From Phoronis australis (lineage: Eukaryota > Animalia > Phoronida), in NCBI GenBank assembly GCA_002633005.1, contig NMRA01000142.1, positions 540,860-604,859 on the forward strand: a DNA stretch of 64,000 nt, written 5' to 3'. Within the stretch, counting starts at the first letter, position 1; each line of letters opens with the position of its first letter. Of this stretch, positions 49,901-61,900 are shown piece after piece. The notes below the pieces were generated by a model. It was not told where the DNA came from. It was given only the letters and a program-made list of their open reading frames with translations, and searched no databases. Made by a program: the position numbers and the translations under genes.

Positions 49901-52900
49901 GGTACAGGTCAAGGGAGCCTTTTGACATGATATCTACTGCTAGCTGTTAATGTTTCGATTACCATGTTGGTGGTTTCGGGCACAAAGTGCCGAGTGCTAT
50001 ATTTGAAAGGCACTATGGTAGCATTTCATAAATTATTATTTTTAATCATAATTGGAATGTTTATTGTGTCTTTCTCTGTGATTGAGTAACACATGTAACA
50101 AACCTTGCAGGCTAGACTATAGAGAGATGACAGACAGACTGAATACATTTGAAGATCGACAGAAAGAACTGNCAGTCTGTCGGTCATTCATTGTGTAATC
50201 ACACACCCACAGACCAAGTTGCAGGTTTTTCTGTGGGCCATTCACTTACTTTCTTTCCTAGTGCCTGGAAAACAGTACTATAAACGCTGGAAAATGTCAT
50301 TCTGAGACAACCAGGCATTACCATTTTAGTAAAGGCTACATCAATAATGGATATTTCCCCCTTTAAACTGTTTCTTCTCGAGGTTAGTTCTGGCTACTGC
50401 AATACATGCCTAGTGTTGTTGTGTGGTGATCTCTGCATTGTTCGTGTGTAGGACAAGTTGGACGAGCAGCAGCGAATCAACAGAGACACCCAGGAGGCAC
50501 TAGATGGCGCCAGGAAGGAGATACAGCGGTTACAGCTGGACCTCGACTCTGTGGCTAGGGAGAAGGTAGAGACGATTTATGTATACATGTAATGTCTAGG
50601 CTGGGAAGTCTAAAGATTAAAATTGTTCTGTAGAGTCTTTCTTGCTCCTTATTAATAACAGTGTTCAATGGTGAAAACGAAAAATTTGATTTCAAATTTG
50701 CTTTTGTGCACTCTGTAGTCCAAAAATTACAACTGCTACTTTTTGAAGTAATTGTTCACTTAAAGTATCATGCATCTGTTATGCGCATAAGTTTTTTGTG
50801 GTGAGTGCATGTGTTTTTGTCATATTTCCTAACCTTTGACCTTTCAAGGACCACCTGAAGATGGAGTGTAGCTTGATAGAAGCTCGTGTTGAGAACACAC
50901 GCCAGAAATTGGAGACGGAACTTCGGGCGGAGTTCGAGAAACAGGTCAGTTAGAGAATTTTTGTGTCGTATCTCCGGTGTCCCTTGAATCTTTTCTGAAA
51001 ATCTGCATAGATCTCGTCAAGTGTTATCTGCATTGTGCCATCCATTTCTCATTACGATTTACCGTTTGTGAGATATTTGAAATTTATTAGTCTGATGAAT
51101 GTTTTTTTATTGACTGATTTCTAGCTGCACTTTGGTCGCCTGTCATGTTCATGATATATAGCAGATTTTTTGTCTGATCGACAGTAATTTCATGTATAAA
51201 TGTTTCTCTAGTCAATAGTGCAAGGCGAAATTGGACGCAAGATGTTGCTGTGACAACCATTTTTAGAATAATGTTTGTAGAGCTCCAGCTCCTTGATTCT
51301 TTGACCGAACCTTGTCAAATTTGGTATGTAAATACCGTAAACGTTCGGGTTAATGCCCTGGGCGGTTAAATTGGCAAACCCAAAAAATCGGGGGTGGGCG
51401 GTTAACCAGACATGGGCGCTTAAACGTGAAATTTCAAGAAATCCAGGGTGGGCGGTTAACTGAGCATGGGCGCTTATTACGACAGACAATCGCCCTGGGC
51501 GGTTAATCTTACCTCATGATCAGAGTACCACACGACACACGTACTCGGAACGCGTACAACTTTTCAAAGAGCTTTATCGTCAAGTCGCCAAATACCGCTA
51601 AAAGTGTCATAACAGCGGGCGATCCCAAGAAATGTTTTGCTGCCCACAGATTAGTCAACCACAATTAAATTTACAAAATTGGTGAGTAATAGCCCTGTGC
51701 CTTCCGGTGATCTTATTAGAGCTGTAGTGCACAGACGACCAGTAACAATAACTTGGATTGCAACTATTCTCACGCGATGACACTTTAGAAATGCGCGCGT
51801 GCGGGCGCGAGCTTCACGTGTTGCAGAGGTCACAGCAGACATCAAATTTATGGTGCTATCAAGTTCCGAGTCAAAGACCAATTTTAAAATTAATGATGTA
51901 ATAAAATTTTGAAAAACAAATTCAGGTGTTTTTGATGTTTATGTTGGAGATTAGATTAGATTAGATTAGATTATACTGCGTGACTCATTTTCAACACAGG
52001 GTTCTGCGGCTAGCTGTCTTATCTCGGCCGCCCGGCGTTGCCCACTTCCAATTGCGTGAAACATGCCACGCAAAGAAGATGAGAATCGGGGGTAAGCGGA
52101 CATGAGCCAGTCGTCAATCAAAAGTTACCGCAAAGGCATTACTCAAAAACAAGCATTTGCTGAAGATTTTATTTTAAAATTACTAACACTATGACTGGGG
52201 ATGAGTCTAGTGAGCGCGTACAGTAGAGTCCGAGGAATAAATTACCAGTTCGTACACGTATAGACGTCGGTAAAAAACAATTCGTAGATGTAGCCTCAAT
52301 TCTTCGGGTAACCGGCATCCGTGGTTTGCGCGGCTATACGACTAAATTAGTGAAGAGCTTCAACCAGCAACGCGTCCTTTCCGAGTCAGTGTTTTGCAAT
52401 CGAGAATCCGCGCTCGGCATAACGAACTGCAGGTCGCTTTGGAGACCTGAAATTTGGAAATGCGAGCCAAGATTATAAACGTTTTGTACCTGCCACCGGG
52501 AAATTCCAACCTACGCGAGCCGTTTTTTTTTGGGGGGGGGGGTAAAATAGATAGGCCTACCAAGCAAACATAAAGCAACTCGAAAAACATTTATTTTACA
52601 CGCAATATGTACAGATTATCGCATTATAATATCACCTACGGCAATATCGCACTGCGGCACTGGTCGGTCCCGCTGTTTGCGCACAATATACCGTCACTGG
52701 ACTTGGAAATGCCGTCAAGTAATTTAACAACCTCTTTCAATATGAGTCTTGTTTTATGCGACAAAAGACAGTGGCTGAATTCAGCACGCGCGTACGTATG
52801 AGTCACCTGTCAATTATATATGTTGTTGTCAAGGTAATATGCACTCCATAGTGTGGGAACTTACACGCCTGTACATCAAAAGAGAACAGCGATAGCCCTA

Positions 52901-55900
52901 CGTAAAGGAGTACACCGGCGCGACTCTCTACTTTTAAGCTGTTGTTACAAAAAACCAGTGTTTTACAATTTTCATCCGTTCAAATAACCCAAAACTACAA
53001 TGTCAAATCTGTTCCAATATTTCCCGGCTCGATGATCCCTGGACCCGATGTTCCATGCCCGTAGCTAGCTGCGTGCACGTCATTATCACTGAAGCCAATT
53101 TCCAATCAGTTACGTCGTAGATGTCTCAGACTCGAATGGTAAGAATTTTGTTCAGGCTGAAACTGCCCAATGTAGAAACAAAAATATTCGGGAAGCTAAA
53201 ACGCTAGGTGGATACGATAATTCATAGTTACGCCTATCGCTAGAAATCGTACTACAGAGAGCCGCCCGCGACTTTGGCGGAATCTGCTAACGCCAACTTG
53301 CCCAAGATGCAATAAACAAAAAACAAAATAAATTTGACTTGCACTTTTTTATTTCTTCAAGATGATACACAAACATCCAGTAACGTATTGCCAACCTTTG
53401 AATTCAGATATCGAGGGACAGCAAATCGGCCAGCGAGGTACACTGTCCGTTCGGTCGCTACACATCCTCGATAACCTGGCAATTACACTCATCAAAATCG
53501 GGACAATTTGAATGTTTCCGTGAGTTATGGAAATTCTTCCAGATACGAGAGCTTCTTACCAAAAGCGAATTGGAAGGGTTGGCAAAACCACTGTCACATT
53601 TCTCTGGCCCGATTTTTTTCGAATACATGTTTTATGTAGTGCACTGCAGACAGAAATTCAGCGCGGCAGACCGCGTCGCTAAAAGCGAAGGCATTGAAGC
53701 CGGCGAATTTCTTAAACTTTTTGAACATGAGAAGAAAATAAAGTGACAAAACGTTCAAGTATTATATTTTGAAGTAAATCCATGACCCGAGACAAGAATT
53801 CGTTACTTGTATTAAAATTCACATTGCCAAACTGCCGGCTCGGAGGCCGTCGTTGCACTCTAGTTTTGATCATCGAACTAAAAGTCGGGGAATCGCGCGT
53901 TTGCGTAGCACTGGGCGCTAAAATCTTCAATCTTTAAAAGTCGGGGATGGGCGCTTAACCGAGAGGTGGGCGCTTAACTAGAAATCTTCAAAAATCGCAG
54001 ATGGGCGGTTAACCGAGCAGTGGGCGGTTAAATCGAAAATCCACCTAAAGTAGGGGGTGGGCGGTTAACTGAGCATGGGCGTTAACCAGAACGTTTACGG
54101 TAATTGTCTTATCAAATGCTGATGAAAATGTTAGAAATTTTACCAAACATTGTCTGACAAAAACTGAACATGAACAATCATACATGAGGTAAAACCTTCT
54201 TTTTGTTGAGAGATTTTGCAAAATTAAACCATTTTTTTCCATGTTGTCTTAAAATTTAAGACATTTCACTGTACTGTAAACTTTCCTCAAATTCAAACAA
54301 TAATAAATAAAACATTTTCAAAGGCTCACTACTCTAACAGTATGAATAGATTANGGGAAATCTCTTTGTGAAACAAGAGGTTCAGAGGTATGTTTTGGGA
54401 GATGGGAAGGGAAATCTCTTAGTGAAACTAGAGGTTCAGAGGTATGTTTTGGGAGATGGGAAGGGAAATCTCTTAGTGAAACTAGAGGTTCAGAGGTATG
54501 TTTTGGGAGATGGGAAGGGAAATCTCTTAGTGAAACTAGAGGTTCAGAGGTATGAGATGTTCAAGGATTAGAGTAGGGGGATATAGTTGATTGAGGCTGA
54601 AGGCTAGATGTACAGGCAAGTTGTAGGATGAGAGAGTGAATGTATGTAGGAAACTTGGAACTTGTTGTGTCGAATATACCGACTGCTAAACTTCACCTCA
54701 CTTGCACACATGGTGTTAAAAATGTGTTCATTGCTCCTTTGTTACCTTTTGTTTGTTCAAAGTTCTTCAGCAACTAGTGTAATGAAGAAGCCAGCAAATG
54801 TTGTAAATAACACTAAGTCTGGTACAACAGTGGTACTGCTAAGCATGTGCCACTAGAGGGCATTCTGTGTGCGTAGTTATTGAAACCACTGCCTTTCACT
54901 GCTGCAGGAATGACATTACCAAGCGACTGCAGTCGATGATGCAGGCCCACTGTAATGAAGCACTCAGTCTGCTGGTTGGTGCTAAAGGCCAGGTGGGTAC
55001 CACTGGGGATTTACAGTAGCTACCGCAGTCTGTGGGCTGTTACTGATCAGTTGTGTTCCAACCAGTCTGTGTGTTCACGGAAGAACGTTTTTATTTTTTG
55101 GTTTGAGGAGGCCTTGCAAGTGTTAGTGGGATGTTGCCTGGATGTGTGCACAGCAATTCATGTTACTAGCTTTCTTTGTAACGTGGTTCCCCTCGGTAAA
55201 GATGGACCTCGACAGTATAGTGATTAAGTGTTAACTATTAACTTAATTTCTGGTGTTTTTTTCAAAGTGTTTAACTGTCCTATTCTGGCTAATTTCTAAA
55301 ATGCCAAAGGTCTTACAGTTTACTGTACATTTAAGTTGAAAGGAATGGCTAACCAGTTTTTGCCTGGTGGAGCCAATAGTCCCTCCAATGATATGAGCAC
55401 GAAGTTTTTTGTCTGGAATATTTATTTCAAGATTCGTTTTAAGAAAAAAATGTATGGCACTTGGAATTCCAGTGGTGGCCATGTTTGATTAAGATATCTT
55501 TTGTGAAACTGCTCTTGTTATGTCCATCATCAAAAATATATAGAGCAATAGTCTTGAAGTTGTGACACATAATTCCTGCATAAAATATATTCCATGTAAG
55601 TGAGAACTCACAACAAGAACTGTGAGTGGGCTGTTTTCAGTCTTTGCCACGTTGGAATCTTCAATATGTTGCACTTTTCTTGTTATTTTTTCTCGTATCA
55701 TCAACTGGACGATTCTGGCCCAAAATCACATTAAGCTGTTCTGCTACTAGTACTGGAAACCATATAAATCCTTAAGAAGACATTCCGTTTGAATCTTGTC
55801 ACGACCGAGTAATTGGATTGAAACGGTGCACTCTATTTTGTTACAGAAAGAGTCCAGCTTGTCGGTGGGTACGGCTAACTCTACGTTGGTGTCTGGGATT

Positions 55901-58900
55901 GAGCCTATTAACACCAGTACCAACGACTTTGTGGAGAAGTACTTAAAAAGGTTAGTGATCTACTAGGTGTATGGTGTGGGAAAAGTTATCTCGAGATACC
56001 AAGCTAGTTATATATAGCAATGCATCGTAGAATTCACGTAGGCTTATGATATTTTTCAGAAATTCTAGAATTATTTAAGAGCAAATTTTTAAGTGACTGA
56101 AGAAAAATAAGAGACTACAATTTTCAAAACGTTCTGGCACCAGAACTAAATTCATTTAAATGTTTCAGTTGCAAACTGTTTATCATTATTGTCGTATTTA
56201 TTATTCTACCAGTCTTGTTTTGATGTTACAGTTACCAACACCAGGAATCTCAGCCAGCGTCTTCTCAAAGACTCGGAGGGCATGTGTCCAGGCAAGAGCC
56301 AGATCTCCCATCACTAACACCCTCTGTTGTCGGCCAGGTGCCATCGTCTCGCTCCGTTCACGCTTCACATCAGCCGTTCCATCTTCCTCCAAATGTGGAC
56401 TATACGTCCTCAGGTCAGGTGTACAAACTTCAGCCAGTCTCGGACAGTGTCCAGGGTCGGTCTGTACCAAGGATGTTTGACGCCGGCCTCACTGTCGACC
56501 AGCCAGGTGCTGCGTACTCCATATACTCCGGCTCAGGTTCATCAGAGTCTATGGTGACAGCGCGCCAAGGCATGTCCTCGATAGATGTCAAGGGGGTGTC
56601 GAGCTCAACAGAAGTTGCGGACAACTTCGTGACTCCAGCTGTGAGTCAGGATAACATGTCCTTACCCGTTCACTTCCCCCCGTTCAGTACGTATTCACAG
56701 ATTCGCCCCTCAGGGTCCGCCTATGCTGTGACCAGCCTTGCTTCCACCCAGCCTTCCAAACAAGAGACTCACACAACTCCTGCCAGAGAGCTGTTTCCGT
56801 CTAGCTACAACATACATGCTACCACTGGTGAGGTCAACAAACAGGTGCTGCCCTCCAAGTCCGTTTCGTACGGCAACTACAGCAGGCATGTTCCTGATGG
56901 AATAACTGACGTGTCCGGTAAGTGGACCAGACTGCCGCCTAGCAATGTTTTTTACTCATCTTTCCATTCCATTCGTAGACATATTCGGTCTTACTGCTTG
57001 TAGTAATTTTTTTATCAGTTGTCGGTATTTAAAGTGACACAACTGGCTTTTGGGTCAAAAAATGCTTTTTTGAGGTCATTGTTGAATAGAATAGACTTTT
57101 TGAAGTTATTGCTTTTGACCAGAGTTACAAAATAACAAAGAGCACTGTGTTTTTGCAATTTTATTTCTATTTGCCAATTCTTAGTTGGCTGCCAGCCATT
57201 CGCTGAGGTCCATGCTGGTGACTTAATAAGTTAGTCACTAAAAATACTTGGTCTCTCATTGAGCAAGGTTGAGCTCCACTAGCATAGTATTTAATTGTGA
57301 CCGCAGATACTGTGGGTTTGAATGTGCCTTCAGGCTGATCTCTAAAACCACTTTTCACCTCGATTATGTCACTTCATGATGACACCTCTTGCATCATTTG
57401 AGTGGAAGGAATGGAATGTAATTATAATATTTATTACCTGGTTTTCTCCAGCTATGACTGGTACAACTACAGTAGACCACAAAGATGAGGATGACAATAT
57501 CAGCGTGATATCATCTCTACTGAATGAACCGTCCAAGTGAGTTGGTTTCACATGATTCACTCATGCCACCCAAGCCTGTTATGGGTCATGGTCATCGTAG
57601 GCCTAATGGTTGAAGGTATACTTAACGTCGTTATGGTAACATAACTTGACCTGGGGACATTCTGTTTCACATTTTAAAAATGACCGTTTTTGACTTTAAA
57701 GTGCTTGGTACACAACTGAGAATTCATTGTCTCATCCCTTTCTTGTTGAACTGTTGGATTGAAGGTCTTTGACAGAATTTCCTAGTTGTCCTTGAAATCG
57801 GCCATTCGACATTGTGTTTGGTACAGGTCGAGGCAGCCTTTTGACATGATATCTACTGCTAGCTGTAAATGTTTCGATTACCATGTTGGTGGTTTCGGGC
57901 ACAAAGTGCCGAGTGCTATGTTTCAAAAGCACTATGGTAGCATTTCATAAATTTATATAATATTATTTTTAATCATAATTGGGATGTTTATTGTGTCTTT
58001 CTCTGTGATTGAGTAACACATGTAACAAACCTTGCAGGCTAGACTATAGAGAGATGACAGACAGACTGAATACATTTGAAGATCGACAGAAAGAACTGCA
58101 GCACTACATCAAAAAGGTTTGTTTTGGATTCCACGTTAATGTAATAGGAGAAAATTGTTGAGAAGTGGAGCATGTGGTCATGGTGGTTACCAAATTTTGA
58201 GAACCAATTTTCTCCACTGAATAACGGGCATCAAACTGGTTCTCAAAATACGGGCACGTTATATACGACTATGGTCGAACATGTCACTAGCTCTACTCTC
58301 ATACCTGAATAAATATTGATTTACTACTCCATCACTGGTAGCTGTGTCTACTGGTTGGCTAAAACTCTGTATTTATAACGTCCGTTGTACTGTGACGTCT
58401 TAGCCAGTTAACATGGCTGAACCAGCAGAACGCAACATAACCCTTCAGGCTTACAACGTATCTTATGGTCTTTTGTTACTCTAGTGCACGGAGAAACTAT
58501 GCTAGTGCTAATATCTGTGTGTAATGGCTGGACATAATGGCCACATTATTAACATTCCTGTTAAGTTCCCTTCATTCTCGGTCATGGGGGAGGACTACTC
58601 TGACTGGAAATTTGACTTCCATCCACCCGTCACGAAGGGGGGATTTCTGGATAATTTTGTCCGAGTACTTTTGGCTTGTACTGTTATGCATGTGGACCTG
58701 CTCTGACTGTACTTGATTGACTAGAGAATTAAAGAGTCATGTCAATGGATTTTTTATTCTCATGGCAACTTTTTGGTCACTCTTTGAATTTAGTAGTCGA
58801 ACCACACGACTCATTGGTCTGAATTCTGAACTCTCATAATTGTATGTAATAAGTTACTGAAAAATTCTCTGATCATTTCAGTTGCTGGATAAATCTCCAG

Positions 58901-61900
58901 GTGAAGCCAGGGATCAAGGGTCAACTCAGCCCCACCGACTTGACGTACAGCTTAATCAGGGTTTGCCTAACCAAGGTAGAGTTGTTTGTGTTGTTGCATT
59001 GCCGAAGTATGTAAATGTTGACTTAAAGAATAATATTATTGCTCAGGCTGTGCAGTATTTCAGCCTCGAATCTTTGGGTGTTTCGAGTTGTGGAATGACA
59101 GTGGGTATATATTATTATTTTTGTCACTCAAATTGTTTGTAGTTGTCAAAAATATTCGACAAATTATGTTGAAAGTTATTGATGAAGTTATAAGAAAATT
59201 AAGAACAAATCGTCAAGTTGTATGTTGAAAAATTTTGCTTTGGAATTTTTATTGTTTTTTAAACAAAAAGACATCAATTTTAATAACTGGTGTGTACTGG
59301 AGTATTCTCTATTCTGGTTCTAAAACGTTTCATGATCCTTCTCTGAGTACACAGTCGTAAAGTTCTGCTTGTTGTATATTATCCTTATTGTTGAACCATG
59401 TTATCATTATTTTACACCAGGTGTGCTGTTCACCCCTCCTGTGAAGCAGGTGTCCCGACTGAACACATCGGTGACCCTGCCCAGGACAGTGTCTGAACCA
59501 CCTGCTACCTTCATGAACGACAGGGCACCACACAACACAAGTGCTGGTATCAGACAGGTGGGCCACCCTAGGCCCGTCGCTCCGTCCACCACTCAGGTAG
59601 GGCTTATATGAGGTCCGTAATATGTTGATGCCGGTACCATTCAAGTTTGCAGTACATTTGCTGATTTTCATTGGAACACCCTCATAAACCTAAGGCAATG
59701 TTGACAATCTGGTATGTGACTGCCCTGTGTTGTTCTGTGTCAGTGCAGATTGTCAATATAAGATAGATTTTCCACTTGTAGACCTGACCTTGTGGACAGT
59801 ATAACTGGAGTTTAAGTAAGATTATCTGATAAACAATTTGTTGGTTTGAGACTCTCATTTCTGTATTAAAAGTGAATAATTCACTACTGCCGATTTATAC
59901 GTAGTTTTTATTTTCTTAATTGCCAACTGAAATCTTTCATTACTGTGATATTACTGACAGTCATAGAGAAAATGGTTCGTTTTGTTGTTTCGTCTAGACC
60001 AGCAAGCCTAGAGCATTCGTCAAGTCCACAGTGGCGCCACCATATGGCAGCAGCAGTGTTACTGACAGAAACACCAAGAATACACAAGGCACTAGTGAGT
60101 ACTGTGACATCAATGAACCTGCCGACAAGTGTAGTTGATGTCAAAGAATGGATTCCCTGTGACATGGTGACGGTCTGTGACAAAAACCTACTTACCTGAA
60201 ATTCTGTAAAATTTTGAGAATTCTGTGACAAAATATGCCAAATTTGCTGAGCCGAGTAGGTGCTGTGTTAGGTTTGCAGTTATTATGATGGTTCCTTTTT
60301 TCACGTATTGTAAAATTGTGGAATTCATCGTTGTCACTGACAAATATTGTGTCTCGCATGTGTGACAAAAGCAAAACTGATGTGTCTTTATACATGAAAA
60401 AAGCACCTAGTAAACATTCTGTGACAATTTAGGCTTCCCTGTGACATTTTGAAAATTGTGAGATGTGACCGCTTGTGACTTGTCATTAAACATGAATCCA
60501 TTCTCTGTTATGTGCACCCAACCTGGAACACATGGCACATAGGCAAGTGTAGCTACACTAGGTCTCTTTAGTCATGAAATGATGGAAGTGTAATTCCAAA
60601 TTTATTGTTTATAGTAATTTGCTTCATGTGCTGTCTGGCTCTTTAGCTGCATTTCCGTGAGCAGATATGTCTTTCAACTCCCCTGTGTGTTTTGGTTGGA
60701 GATAGAACAGCATAGCTGTATCAGCCAGGTGTTGAACCTCATAGTTCTGAGTCCACCACACTTCCTACTGAGCCACCATAGGAAGTGCAGATTCCAATCC
60801 TAACATCTCCATTAATGTGTGTGGGAGCCTGATATGTCTACTGTTTTAACTGACTATAATGCTATATTGTTTGTTCTTCCCCAGCCTCAGCTAGGCCAGG
60901 AGGGCTGACCTCTCAGCAGGTGAACGACATCAAGAGTCTGCTGAGTAGCTATGGTAACCCAGGGGTGGAGAACGTGCCTAGTGTGGAGGACTTGGTGTCT
61001 TACCTGCAGAGTATTCAGGGCAGGTGAGCGAGCTGAAGTTGAAAATGCTGTTGTCTAGTGACAAAGTTGTTAAATTGTGTTGAAGGAATGAAGATAACTT
61101 TGAAGGAAATCAGAAAAAAGTTGAAAGTTAAGTCTCTTAAGAATGAGCGGGAGAGGTTAACTCCTTGAGCAGGAGATGTGGACTGTGTAATTTCGCAGAA
61201 ATTTGTCATGTTTGAAATTTAAAGTCATTGTAATGCTACACTTATGTAAATTATTAAATAGGTGACAAAACAGTGAATTTTCATTGATGTATAACACATG
61301 TTCGTCCAGGCCAAGGGGTTCTGTAATGGCTGCATACTGTTAACAGTTATTGATATGATTCAATATTCATATTTTCTTATTGATATATTTGTAACTTTTT
61401 TGTCAGGGCTGTTCCAGTAAAATCTGTCATGGAGGGGGGAAGGCACCTTTTTTCGCACTCACCACCCATATTTTTCATTTATTTCTTCGCCTACCACCCG
61501 TAATTTTTTATAAGTTTGAAATGCAACCACCCGTAATTTTTTTTTGTTCTTGTGGTTGACTGCACAGGCGATTGAGTTTATCTGTTCCTCCATCACCTCT
61601 AACATCATTCATTACTAAGAAAACATTTGTTTCTTATATATGGTTATTAGCCATCGAGAAATTCGAGCACCTGTGGTTAAATGGTGTTATGGGCATGCCG
61701 ATGAGGAGATCGGAGGGAGTGAAAAAGTCGGAGCTTTTTGCAAGTTGCATTTTTGTTTCAATTTTTGATTCTGTGCGGATTGTTTATAAAATTTACTAAA
61801 ATTACCCACCATCAAACATTTATGGCCCAATGAAACAACAACGACCTGTAAATTTTTATTTTTTTGAAGTACGACCACCAGCCATTTTGAATTTAAATCA

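Noticed and set aside
51949-51973. (ATTAG)n run, also (CTAAT)n near 4610-4642, as telomere-like repeats
   Set aside because: Short pentanucleotide microsatellites, not TTAGGG or TTAGG arrays.
48378-57003. Two 239-aa 'paralogous genes' at 48378 and 56284
   Set aside because: Same internal CNTROB exon present in both copies of the duplicated block.
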